From a virus: a stretch of 64,000 nucleotides of DNA. The translations under genes were made by a program, and so were the position numbers. Of the stretch, positions 27,648 to 36,310 are shown piece by piece (the stretch's first letter is position 1; each line of letters starts with the position of its first letter). The notes beneath the pieces are model-generated. The model made no database searches and was not told where the DNA came from. It saw nothing but the letters and a program-made list of their open reading frames with translations. The stretch lies in the IMG/VR virus record IMGVR_UViG_3300048091_000425; one strand, 5' to 3'.

Positions 27648-27985
27648 TGGTTGACTTGCTGACGGGAGTTGGGCTGATGGCCCTGTCCGTGGTGATGGGG
27701 TATCTGTTGCTGACTGACAACCACCAGGGGCCAGAAAAGCCACTGGTGGACGAATACACCATCCTGTTGCTGATCGCCATAGCGATCATCTGTGGTTGGC
27801 GTGGCAGTTCAGAGATCCTGACGCTGGCGAGCCTCAATCTGGAATGGCGATACTATTCCCCGTCTCTGTTTGTGCTGGGGTGTGGCTGGGGGCTGTGGCA
27901 TTCGCTGCGCTCTCGGCCAACAAAGCTTCCAGCCCGAGGCTCGAACCACTCACAATCTGCATGCTGCCGTCAGGAAGTCGAATAG
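27644..27985 (+). CDS. small membrane protein
   Basis: ATGA overlap; three hydrophobic segments. Confidence 0.55.
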   Translation: MMVDLLTGVGLMALSVVMGYLLLTDNHQGPEKPLVDEYTILLLIAIAIICGWRGSSEILTLASLNLEWRYYSPSLFVLGCGWGLWHSLRSRPTKLPARGSNHSQSACCRQEVE

Positions 27986-28094
27986 CGTCACAAGTTTTGG
28001 TGCCGGTGTCGATCACCGCACCTTGCATGTTAAAGCCTTTCAGGTTCGCCTGGAGGCGCTCAGAACTCATCATTTTTCGTTCTCCCATCCGCAT
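27834..28094 (-). CDS. hypothetical protein
   Basis: End of minus-strand operon; overlaps the convergent ORF, so one of the two may be shorter or spurious. Confidence 0.45.
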   Translation of the reverse strand: MRMGERKMMSSERLQANLKGFNMQGAVIDTGTKTCDAIRLPDGSMQIVSGSSLGLEALLAESAANATAPSHTPAQTETGNSIAIPD

Positions 28095-28348
28095 TCATAC
28101 CAATCACAACCATCCCCTGAGTAGGAATAGCAAACATAGGCCTTGTCCCCGACGACTTCGCGCACATCGCGTTTGCGAGGCCTGAAAAAACCTTCCGCTG
28201 AATACCGGATTTGTCGCTCGCCCATCCTCGCCCGCGTGAGCCAGACGATTCGGTCAACGCCCTCGAGGAACGTTGGCACGCCTTTCTCATCCAGCGGATA
28301 CACCGGTGGATTGTGAATCACGTAACCGTCGATGATTTGGTAAGTCAT
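28070..28348 (-). CDS. hypothetical protein
   Basis: 92-aa ORF, coupled to neighbours. Confidence 0.6.
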   Translation of the reverse strand: MTYQIIDGYVIHNPPVYPLDEKGVPTFLEGVDRIVWLTRARMGERQIRYSAEGFFRPRKRDVREVVGDKAYVCYSYSGDGCDWYECGWENEK

Positions 28349-28563
28349 TCGGGTGCGCCCTGCACCGTCGGCTCGCAGGCGTCAGCGTACCGCAGCAGGT
28401 CACGAGCCATGGCACGTGCATGCTCTGGCGTCATCTTGACCCGAACCTGCCGGCCTTCGTCATCCTGCAGCTGCACCAAGGGATACCGGTCACTCCCGAA
28501 ACCTCCGGAACTGACGCCCCAGTGTGTTCCAGAAAGGCTGTCATCCAGGTAGTTGTGTCTCAT
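28345..28563 (-). CDS. hypothetical protein
   Basis: ATG at 28563 after GGAG within ORF 28345..28653. Confidence 0.6.
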   Translation of the reverse strand: MRHNYLDDSLSGTHWGVSSGGFGSDRYPLVQLQDDEGRQVRVKMTPEHARAMARDLLRYADACEPTVQGAPE

Positions 28564-28897
28564 GTCCAAGTCTCCCGTTTTCGTGCTCAATGACTGGATA
28601 GAAATCCTGGCTGGCGCCTGTATCGCAGCAGTGAATCTCGACCAGCGTGCCATCGATAAACTTCAGGTCATACAGAGCGCCTGGCCGCCCGTAAGAAATC
28701 ACGTTCAGCACACCGGAGTAGTTCATATCCCCGATGGGCTCGCTGCGCTCATTCCAGGGCTTTTCCATGACCAGTCGGCCAGCCAGCGTAATCACGTACT
28801 CGTCGAGACGGCAGTCGAGACTCTTCGTTTGGAAGATCCCGCCCTCATACCCATCTGGCATCCGGTGGTCGAAGCTTAAATCGTCGTACATCCCCAT
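28541..28897 (-). CDS. conserved-looking hypothetical protein
   Basis: MGMYD...FQTKSLDC..DEY.I...GRL, resembling an MGE hypothetical family. Confidence 0.65.
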   Translation of the reverse strand: MGMYDDLSFDHRMPDGYEGGIFQTKSLDCRLDEYVITLAGRLVMEKPWNERSEPIGDMNYSGVLNVISYGRPGALYDLKFIDGTLVEIHCCDTGASQDFYPVIEHENGRLGHETQLPG

Positions 28898-28909
28898 GCG
28901 CGTCTCCTA

Positions 28910-29491
28910 TTATGCCGCCCGCGTTGGCTTTTGACAGTTCCTGCGCACCGCACAGCCTCGACAAAGCGCCTCACTGGTCGCAAATACCCTGATCTCTTCG
29001 CCGGCGTTGGCAGCCCTGGCATGTTTGACCAGGGGCTTGATCTGTTCGTAAATCTCATCGCTCGGAAAGTCGACATCGACCTCATGACGTTGGTCGCCGA
29101 CGATCACATACGCCAGGGAGACATCAAAGCGCTCTCGGGCAGCAATGACCGTGGCCTTCACTTGGGCGACATCGGAGCTAAACAGCCGTCCGCTGCTGCG
29201 GCTCTTGTACTCCACCACGGCGTAGGCGCCCATATCAAAACGAAGCACGAAATCAGGCTTGGCCACGATCCCAAACTCTTTCGACACCAGGGAGGGTGTA
29301 GCGCGGCCACGGTCGGCATAAACCACTTCAGCGTCAAAGCCCAGGTGTGCGATCACGGCCTCTCGGCGGCGCTTGCCGACATTGGCAGCGACAAACACCA
29401 GCAACAAGCCAAACAACGTAAGGCCCAAGATCATGAGCACGTCGTACGGCACAGTGGGAACGAGACTGGCAAGCGTATGTAGATCCATCAC
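28910..29491 (-). CDS. membrane-anchored Cas4-like PD-(D/E)XK nuclease (C-terminal part of split Cas4)
   Basis: N-terminal TM helix; KPDFVL, VVEYKS, DVAQ; terminal C-x2-C-x5-C. Confidence 0.75.
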   Translation of the reverse strand: MMDLHTLASLVPTVPYDVLMILGLTLFGLLLVFVAANVGKRRREAVIAHLGFDAEVVYADRGRATPSLVSKEFGIVAKPDFVLRFDMGAYAVVEYKSRSSGRLFSSDVAQVKATVIAARERFDVSLAYVIVGDQRHEVDVDFPSDEIYEQIKPLVKHARAANAGEEIRVFATSEALCRGCAVRRNCQKPTRAA

Positions 29492-29901
29492 TCATCACCC
29501 TTCCTGACCGACCTGCTTATTCGCTGCACCCCGGCCTTAACAATCCGCGCCAACATCGGAGAGCGCCGGCACTGTTTCACCAGCCATGGGGAACACCGGT
29601 AATACACCCGCACCAGCACCCGCCCCCACCACGTCGGTTTCAAGACACGGTCGCGCCAGGCTCGCAGGGACACCGTCACCGCATCATCCTCGCCAAAGGC
29701 ATAGGTCGCCACGTAACAGCGCCTGTCCAGATCGTTCATCACCTTGCTGGTTAGATCCTCATGCATGTGTGTGCCGCGTTGCCGGGCATCATGGGATTCC
29801 GCGCTTTCGGGAGAAAGCTTCTTGGACAAATACAGGGAATGCGGGCAGTACGCTGCCTTGCCGATGTCAGAGGCCGAAACAAGCGCTTTGTTTTTGCTCA
29901 C
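29488..29901 (-). CDS. Cas4 N-terminal segment fused to CFI-box-CTERM-like domain
   Basis: SASDIG..AYCP and RG.HMH (Cas4 N-terminus); CYVATYAFG...LR.WRD..L....GR..V..YY..SP (CFI-box-like). Confidence 0.7.
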   Translation of the reverse strand: MSKNKALVSASDIGKAAYCPHSLYLSKKLSPESAESHDARQRGTHMHEDLTSKVMNDLDRRCYVATYAFGEDDAVTVSLRAWRDRVLKPTWWGRVLVRVYYRCSPWLVKQCRRSPMLARIVKAGVQRISRSVRKGDE

Positions 29902-29978
29902 AACCTAATGCTCCAACAGCTTTTCTTCTGGGGATTCCAGCGAGTCTGAAATGATTAAAGTAAAAAGCCGAAACAAGC

Positions 29979-30028
29979 GCTCTTGTTTTGCTCCCAAACC
30001 TCGCTTCAACCGCGTTTGACTTTCGCTT
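29979..30028 (+). repeat. dispersed ~48-bp intergenic element, copy 1
   Basis: GCTCTTGTTTTGCTCCCAAACCTCGCTTCAACCGCGTTTGACTTTCGCT; near-copy at ~42207. Confidence 0.65.
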
Positions 30029-30088
30029 TTGTGTCCGTTCTGGCCTTGAATAATTGTCGTGAATTGTCAGTGCTGGCGCTGGTCAACC

Positions 30089-30736
30089 CTAAACGAGCCC
30101 CGCCTCACGCAATGCGGTCATCTCGTCCAGCGGCACCGGACGTCCAAGAATCGACTCATGGTAGAGATAATTCGAGAGAATCAGGTGATCTGACTTGATG
30201 GATACCCGTCCGAACTCACCTAAAAAGCCACATAACAGAGGATCAAGCTCGTTGAGCAGGATCGTCAGGGGCTTTTGCGGGATGTACAGGTACGGTCGCT
30301 GGTGCACGGCGGCGTAGAGACTGATCAGTATCGTCCGCCAATAATGCGATTCCTGGCACGCCGGGTCTGGATCGAGCTCATGCCAAAGGCGATCCACCTC
30401 TTGATCCGTTGGGTTCTTGAACAAAATCTCAAGCCCCCTACACCCTGTTTCCGTCCACTTTTGCTTCAGCTTGTGCCAGTCTTTATCTGGCTCCCTTGCC
30501 ACGCAGAGCGTCAGGCCCAAGAAGAGCTGCTTGTAGACCTTGTCGAGTTCTGGTGGTGGCGTGTCATCAAACGGGAATCCAAGCGCTGCCCTTACGCTTT
30601 CAGGGGTAGCATCAAGCATTACAACCTCGGCTATGGATTTTAAGGTGAAGGCGTGGAAATGTTCGGAACGAGCTCTAGGCGAGCTTTTAAGTTCGGTTGC
30701 TGAGCCTTGTACTTCTCCGCGAAACCAGGTTCCCAC
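30089..30736 (-). CDS. hypothetical protein
   Basis: 215-aa ORF; true start probably downstream (e.g. MLDAT) given overlap with the DUF4262 gene. Confidence 0.6.
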   Translation of the reverse strand: MGTWFRGEVQGSATELKSSPRARSEHFHAFTLKSIAEVVMLDATPESVRAALGFPFDDTPPPELDKVYKQLFLGLTLCVAREPDKDWHKLKQKWTETGCRGLEILFKNPTDQEVDRLWHELDPDPACQESHYWRTILISLYAAVHQRPYLYIPQKPLTILLNELDPLLCGFLGEFGRVSIKSDHLILSNYLYHESILGRPVPLDEMTALREAGLV

Positions 30737-31134
30737 GGAAATTTACCGGTAGCGTCCGGCCAGGCCATTTGCATGTACTGTGGAGTCTTTCCGGTGCCGG
30801 CGTAGTAGCGTTCGGTGCCATAGGCATACTGGGCGGCAAGCTTTCTGTTCGCCTGAACCACGTGCATCGACATGGTGAACCACTCATCGGTAACGAACGG
30901 GCCGGGCTGGCGAGTCTTGGCAATGACCATTTCGTGGAAAACCTGGTTCATCCGGCGCCAAATAAGCTCCGAATCCAAGCCCAGGCAGATCAACTCCGGC
31001 AGGCCATGTTCGGTAAATCCACAGGTAATGGTGCGAACTTGCCCATGTTCACCGCCGCAATCGCGCAAAACTATGAGTCCGCACCGCTTGATGGTTTCTC
31101 GAATGTCTTGATTGCTGGCCTGGAACATAAACAA
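30640..31134 (-). CDS. DUF4262 domain protein
   Basis: T.GFTEHGLPELI.LGL and QM.WPDA.G.FPWEPG. Confidence 0.8.
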   Translation of the reverse strand: MFMFQASNQDIRETIKRCGLIVLRDCGGEHGQVRTITCGFTEHGLPELICLGLDSELIWRRMNQVFHEMVIAKTRQPGPFVTDEWFTMSMHVVQANRKLAAQYAYGTERYYAGTGKTPQYMQMAWPDATGKFPWEPGFAEKYKAQQPNLKARLELVPNISTPSP

Positions 31135-31168
31135 AACCCTTTGTGAATGACCGGCATACTACCTCAAA

Positions 31169-31438
31169 TTATTCCGAACGCCCATCCGGGTCATCGGCGA
31201 TCAGTCGATTGCCAATATCGGTAAGAGAGTCTTGCGGCCTCCCCCACACCCAGCGCTCCATCACTCCAGCTGCTGCGATCTGCAAACTCTCCAAAGTGCT
31301 CAGGACATTCATGCTCTCGCAGACCACCTGAATAAGGTCGTCCCGGCTAAGGTCTTCAACTTGCACCGCCTGACCATTGATCCACGTCTGATAGCCAGTC
31401 GAGTCAATTTTCTTTTCGATACGGTTCGGGATGTCCAT
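31169..31438 (-). CDS. hypothetical protein
   Basis: 89-aa ORF. Confidence 0.6.
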   Translation of the reverse strand: MDIPNRIEKKIDSTGYQTWINGQAVQVEDLSRDDLIQVVCESMNVLSTLESLQIAAAGVMERWVWGRPQDSLTDIGNRLIADDPDGRSE

Positions 31439-31457
31439 TGTGCTCTCGCTAGAAATG

Positions 31458-31485
31458 AAAAAAGGCCCGACGAATGCGGGCCTTT
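31458..31485 (-). terminator. intrinsic terminator
   Basis: AAAAAAGGCCCG-N7-CGGGCCTTT downstream of 31498..31836. Confidence 0.65.
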
Positions 31486-31497
31486 GATTGGATCAGG

Positions 31498-31836
31498 TTA
31501 ACGTGCCGATTTGCGCGACCAGAGTTCAACGCCGCTCAGCGTCAACAGCGAGCAGACTGGGGGCAGCAGGGCCAACCACCAGTACTCCAACGCACCTTTG
31601 ACTACGTAGTAGAAGTTAGAGACAAAGCCGTCATCTGGGTTGCCCAAGAACAGGTTGAAGGCCATATGGCCTAACGTCCACGCCAAGCTAACCATCAAGA
31701 CGAAAACCAAGCCCATCAGTACGGATGTTAGCGGGGAAGCCAGAAAAACGTATTTCTTCTGGCCTTTGCTCATGCCTCGCCAGTGTGCAAGGATGACATC
31801 AGTGCGTTTTTGCGACGCTGCATTACGCATGCTCAA
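31498..31836 (-). CDS. membrane protein (2 TM)
   Basis: Two hydrophobic helices; overlaps the upstream gene. Confidence 0.65.
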   Translation of the reverse strand: MSMRNAASQKRTDVILAHWRGMSKGQKKYVFLASPLTSVLMGLVFVLMVSLAWTLGHMAFNLFLGNPDDGFVSNFYYVVKGALEYWWLALLPPVCSLLTLSGVELWSRKSAR

Positions 31837-32107
31837 ACTCCTTTTTGATTACTGCTTCAAAAGTCAGTGCCGGCTGGAGCCCCATACTGATCGCCCACGA
31901 ACCCAAGTAGACAACAATGGTGCAACCCAAAGGCCCCATCACCATGGCGATATTCCAATGGCGCAGAAGGAAATCACTGACCACAGGAGCGATCTGCATA
32001 CCGATACCGGCCTGCCCAAGGGAAGCGGCATAGCCAATGATCACTGACATGCTCATCCCAAAAACGCAGAGCAACACGCCGACCGCAACCGCGATTTCCT
32101 TCTTCAT
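31823..32107 (-). CDS. membrane protein (2 TM)
   Basis: Hydrophobic helices; GGAG RBS. Confidence 0.65.
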   Translation of the reverse strand: MKKEIAVAVGVLLCVFGMSMSVIIGYAASLGQAGIGMQIAPVVSDFLLRHWNIAMVMGPLGCTIVVYLGSWAISMGLQPALTFEAVIKKEFEHA

Positions 32108-32122
32108 CTTGTCTCTCCCTGC

Positions 32123-33067
32123 TTATGCAGTTTGTTGTTTGCTGAACAAGCCTTTGAGCTTGCTGACCATCGAAACCGCTACCAGCACGACACCACCGGC
32201 AATGAAACCAAACAGGCCTTCAATCACCATCGGCGCCACGAAAGACAGAACACCACCCACTACCGGAAGCTCACCCACGCTTTCTGGCAATACCAGCGCA
32301 TGACCCTGCACCGGAATGGAATGCAGAAGGATTGAGCCACCCACCAGCAGCATCGCTGCCGTGCCGACCACGGCAAGGGTCTTCATAAGCTTCGGCGCAA
32401 AGCGCAACACCCAGCGACCAAAAGACTTTTTCCACTCGGCTTCCTGTTTGATCAGATAGAAGCCCAGGTCATCCAATCGAACGATACCGGCAACGATGGA
32501 GTACACACCGACTGTCACACCAACCGCGATCAGGGTCAGTACCAGCATTTGATTCAGCAGCGATGCACCAGCCACGGCGCCAAGCGAGATTACTATGATC
32601 TCAAGCGATAAAATCGAGTCCGTTCTGATAGCGCCCTTAATTTTCTGGCGCTCGAAGGCGACCATGTCGACAGCAGGATCAGCAACGGCTTTCTTCAGTT
32701 GCTCGGCGGCCTCGGCGGCTTCTTTCTTGCCGTGCAGCAACGTGTGGGCAATCTTTTCAAAGCCTTCAAAGCACAGGTAGGCACCGCCCGCCATCAACAT
32801 GGGGGTGATCACCCATGGGGCGAACGCACTGACCAGCAACGCGCCAGGTACCAGGATAGCTTTGTTGATCATGGAGCCTTTGGCTACCGCCCAGACAACA
32901 GGCAGTTCACGGTCAGCTCTGATGCCAGAAACTTGCTCAGCACTCAACGCGAGGTCATCGCCCAGGACGCCAACTGTCTTGGTGGCGGCGGATTTACTCA
33001 TGAGGGCGACGTCATCCAGCAAGGCAATGATGTCGTCGATGAGAGCGAGCAGGCTAGTGCCGGCCAT
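32123..33067 (-). CDS. yedI: DUF808 family inner membrane protein (YedI-like)
   Basis: MAGTSLLALIDDI..LLDDVA.MSK.A..KT.GVLGDDLAL.AEQV.G, RELPVVWAVAKGS, GAIRTD.ILS.EI. Confidence 0.92.
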   Translation of the reverse strand: MAGTSLLALIDDIIALLDDVALMSKSAATKTVGVLGDDLALSAEQVSGIRADRELPVVWAVAKGSMINKAILVPGALLVSAFAPWVITPMLMAGGAYLCFEGFEKIAHTLLHGKKEAAEAAEQLKKAVADPAVDMVAFERQKIKGAIRTDSILSLEIIVISLGAVAGASLLNQMLVLTLIAVGVTVGVYSIVAGIVRLDDLGFYLIKQEAEWKKSFGRWVLRFAPKLMKTLAVVGTAAMLLVGGSILLHSIPVQGHALVLPESVGELPVVGGVLSFVAPMVIEGLFGFIAGGVVLVAVSMVSKLKGLFSKQQTA

Positions 33068-33150
33068 TGAATAGTGTCCTTCCATTGTGTGGCTCTTGCC
33101 ACGGGAAGCACAGTTTGATGGCCTTTTGACCCCTTGTCAATACATTGTGA

Positions 33151-33675
33151 TTATTTGCGGGCCCCGCCACCTTTCTTGGTAAACGACACCGACAACAATG
33201 AGGCCGGGCGGCTGCCCAGGTTCTCACTGATGGTTTCAGTGCCGTAGAGCAAGGCGTGCTCGCGCTTCTGACTGAAGGCATAGATGTGATTGGGCTTCAG
33301 AGCGCACTCCTCGTCCTCCACCCAGAGCAGGTGCAGCGGGCTCACCTCATACGGGATCAGTATCGTGGTGTCGAACTGTTCGTCGTAAAGGTCGCGATGC
33401 TCAATAGTGCTTACAAGGGTCATCGCTATGTGCGTCTGCTGGCCCTTCATGAACTGCCCCAGTTGGGCTTCCAGCACGGGACACTTGGCGGGTTTGGGCA
33501 ACTCGATGACCGGGCCATCTTCTTGCAGCCAATGCCGCTTGATGAAGTTCAGCCGATACAGCGCCGTGCCTTCTTTGATATTGCATCCGGGCTCCAGGAT
33601 GTCCTGCTCCCACTCGTTGAGCGGGTGATCGGATTGGATGCGCTTTTCGCGGTACATCTTCAGTTCGGATCGCAT
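33151..33675 (-). CDS. putative 2OG-Fe(II)/cupin-like protein
   Basis: IEHRD (HxD) followed by beta-strand-like TTILIP and a distal REHAL His. Confidence 0.45.
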   Translation of the reverse strand: MRSELKMYREKRIQSDHPLNEWEQDILEPGCNIKEGTALYRLNFIKRHWLQEDGPVIELPKPAKCPVLEAQLGQFMKGQQTHIAMTLVSTIEHRDLYDEQFDTTILIPYEVSPLHLLWVEDEECALKPNHIYAFSQKREHALLYGTETISENLGSRPASLLSVSFTKKGGGARK

Positions 33676-33752
33676 GAAGCGGCGGTAAGCCAAGGGCAAG
33701 CGGATGGGGCCGAGACAACGAATGAGTGCCATGGGGAATCCTGTCGAAAAGG

Positions 33753-33992
33753 TCAGACAGGATAATGCGGCTTTTCACCAGGTGCCAGCTCTGCGTTCCA
33801 TCGCTCTAGCGCCCCTTCTGGACTGCTGGCGCTTTCGAAATGGCCGCACCCGCCTGCCGTCTCGTAGCAGTTGGCGTCCCATTCGGTTCGGGAAAAGTTC
33901 GTCGGGTACAGAAAATCCGGCTCGTCGAGCGAGACGATGAAGCCGCAATGCTTGCAGGGTTTCAGGGGCTTTTCTTCAAGGCTCAAGCGCAC
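33753..33992 (-). CDS. Lar-like zinc-finger protein (restriction alleviation family)
   Basis: KPCKHCG...C....GCG......EGALERWN. Confidence 0.6.
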   Translation of the reverse strand: MRLSLEEKPLKPCKHCGFIVSLDEPDFLYPTNFSRTEWDANCYETAGGCGHFESASSPEGALERWNAELAPGEKPHYPV

Positions 33993-34079
33993 TCTCCTTA
34001 GACTGCTGCGGGGAAAACCAGGGCGGCATTTTCGCCGGACTAGCTCGACGAAGCAAGCTCATCTAACTATTCATCAATG

Positions 34080-34096
34080 TTATTGCAATGCAATAA
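34080..34096. promoter_or_regulatory. 8-1-8 palindrome, putative operator
   Basis: TTATTGCA-A-TGCAATAA in the AT-rich divergent gap upstream of 34200. Confidence 0.4.
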
Positions 34097-34199
34097 ATTG
34101 TTAATGTTACTAACCATTTAAAGTGTTAGATAAATAACATAAATTGACATTGTTAGTTTTATCTTAAGTCCATATTATGGCACTCAGGAATAACGCTGT

Positions 34200-35408
34200 T
34201 TGTTGAGACAATATCCTGTGAAAATTCATATGATGTTTGCCGGCGTAGTGCTGGCGTATCCGGCTTTTGGCATTGCGTCGTCTCAATTCGAGGGCACCCA
34301 GGACATCCAGAGTTCCATGAGGATGGCCGATGTAACCCCTCGGTTCCACGTCATCGACAACCTGATTGGCAGCTTGCAAGGGGAGTACCCATCAGGCCTT
34401 CTGCCGAGCGAGAAAGATCTGTTAAACCTCGGCGTCACCTATAGCTCGCAAGGTCAGGATGCAACGGGCCGCGACGTTGTAGGTATCAACGCAGAATTGA
34501 ACACCGACTCTGGTTTCAGTGCTGAGGGTCACTACCTCCACGGCCTTGAGGGCCTTCGCACGCTTTCCAAGGAAGGACGGTACGACGCTGGCCGGCTGCG
34601 ACTGGCTCAAGACACCCGCTACGGCAAATTCTTCATCGGTGGGGACATCAGCGGCGCCGACGTGGGGGTCAGCAAGAAAGTCTCCCGCTTCCAGGAAGAG
34701 CTGGCCGGCGAAACGCACAGGGCCGTTGTCGGTCACCGTTATAGCTACGACGGCATCAGTTCGGTGCAGAACTCCTTCGGATGGACACGTCGCGAGCAAA
34801 CTTACGACACGCGTAAGTACCATCTTGTTGAAACCCAGGAATATCAGACCTGGAACACCACCTATAACGGCCAGTTCGGTTACAACCAGTTCAACGTTTC
34901 GGTAACCAAAGGGCTTTCTGGCGAGCGCTCGTTCAACTACGTGCCGTTGATGGGCGAATTCAACCCGAACTTTTACGCTGTTCAGTTGGGTTACGGGCTG
35001 CAGGGGCTGGCGCTGTACGACCAACTCGGCTACGGCGTGTCAGGTTCTTACTTCAAGGGCTCAGAGGACATGCCATCTGCAGAACGCATGACCCTCGGCG
35101 GCAGCGGGCGCGGATCATCCCACGAGGCCGGCGTGGTTTCTGGCTACAAGGGTTGGTTTGCCGAGGCGCGTCTGTACGGCATGAACGTTCCAGGCCTGTC
35201 GTGTTTCTCCCTGAAACCGTACCTCTCCGTCAACGGCGCTGAAACCAGCCACCCTACCGGGGGGGAATACGGCTTGGTCGCGGCAGAGTTCGGTGTGATC
35301 GGTCGCTGGAGTGACGTCAGCAGCACCCTGAGTTACGCCAAATCGGTCAAGGATGAAAACCTCGACCACGATTCGCGCCTGAACCTGGATCTGAGCTACA
35401 CCTACTAA
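34200..35408 (+). CDS. ShlB/FhaC/HecB-like outer membrane beta-barrel (short)
   Basis: Signal peptide; alternating beta pattern; SEDMPSAERMTLGG..RG...G..SG..G (loop-6-like); terminal LSYTY. Confidence 0.6.
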   Translation: MLRQYPVKIHMMFAGVVLAYPAFGIASSQFEGTQDIQSSMRMADVTPRFHVIDNLIGSLQGEYPSGLLPSEKDLLNLGVTYSSQGQDATGRDVVGINAELNTDSGFSAEGHYLHGLEGLRTLSKEGRYDAGRLRLAQDTRYGKFFIGGDISGADVGVSKKVSRFQEELAGETHRAVVGHRYSYDGISSVQNSFGWTRREQTYDTRKYHLVETQEYQTWNTTYNGQFGYNQFNVSVTKGLSGERSFNYVPLMGEFNPNFYAVQLGYGLQGLALYDQLGYGVSGSYFKGSEDMPSAERMTLGGSGRGSSHEAGVVSGYKGWFAEARLYGMNVPGLSCFSLKPYLSVNGAETSHPTGGEYGLVAAEFGVIGRWSDVSSTLSYAKSVKDENLDHDSRLNLDLSYTY

Positions 35409-35428
35409 GCTTCACAGCTGGTCAGCAG

Positions 35429-35458
35429 AAGCCCGAGACTCAGAACCTCGGGCTTTTT
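35429..35458 (+). terminator. intrinsic terminator
   Basis: AAGCCCGAG-N9-CTCGGGCTTTTT. Confidence 0.75.
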
Positions 35459-35500
35459 CGTTGGAAAGTTCTAGGCTGTAGTTAGCAGTCAATCAACGCA

Positions 35501-35917
35501 ATGGAAGCCGACATGCCCCTGAACGACCTGTTTCGCCTTGATGACGGTGGGCGCTCAACCAGCCGTCGCCCCAAGCAACGCAACGACTGCACGGTGCGGG
35601 CCGTGGCCATTGCAGAAGGTATTGAGTACGACCTGGCTTACGACGAGCTGAAAGACGCAGGCAGAAAGTGCGCCAGGGCTTTCCGCTTTACGGACTGGGC
35701 CAACAAGCAGCCAGAGCGCTTCGAAAAGCTCAGCTTCCCCGCCATCAAAGGACAGCCGCGCATGAATGTGGAACGTTTCTGCCGGCGATTCGCGGAAGGT
35801 CACTACATCCTCAACACGGCCAAGCATGTCATGGCGGTCAAGGATGGGGTCATCTATGACGCTGACCCGCCAGGCCTGGAGCGCTGCGTCTACAGCGCGT
35901 ACCGTGTGCGGAATTGA
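35501..35917 (+). CDS. phage-like hypothetical protein
   Basis: NDCTVRAVAIA and KHVMAVKDGVIYD motifs. Confidence 0.7.
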   Translation: MEADMPLNDLFRLDDGGRSTSRRPKQRNDCTVRAVAIAEGIEYDLAYDELKDAGRKCARAFRFTDWANKQPERFEKLSFPAIKGQPRMNVERFCRRFAEGHYILNTAKHVMAVKDGVIYDADPPGLERCVYSAYRVRN

Positions 35918-35983
35918 AGCAAGCGCCTTGACCGTATAACGCTAGAGATGTACGCTTGCTTCATCACTGGTAAGGAATGCCCC

Positions 35984-36205
35984 ATGAAAGCCGAAGAAAA
36001 ATTCAACAGAAAAACAGCTGCACTTCTTGAATGCCAGCAGCCGGTTGTAGATAGCGGTGGCGGCCTGGCGCTGGGTGTACGGGTTCGTGTCTTCGAGCTG
36101 CCGGGGCCAGAAGCCAAAACGCTGAGTCTGCACCTGACGCCAGACGAAGCCCTTCGCCTGGCCGAAGATCTGGTCAGGGAAGCCAGAAACGCCCTTGTGC
36201 CTTAA
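35984..36205 (+). CDS. hypothetical protein
   Basis: ATG at 35984 after AAGGA. Confidence 0.55.
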   Translation: MKAEEKFNRKTAALLECQQPVVDSGGGLALGVRVRVFELPGPEAKTLSLHLTPDEALRLAEDLVREARNALVP

Positions 36206-36310
36206 CAGTTCAAGCTGCCGAGCGCTCTTGTAGAGCGCTCAGAAGCAAAGGCCTTGTTTTTGCCACCAAACCCACCGCTTTAAAAGCTTTCCCCCCGCCC
36301 TGCCCCTGCC

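Noticed and set aside
28910-29901. CRISPR-Cas adaptation module
   Set aside because: No cas1/cas2, effector genes or array in the window; treated as solo Cas4.
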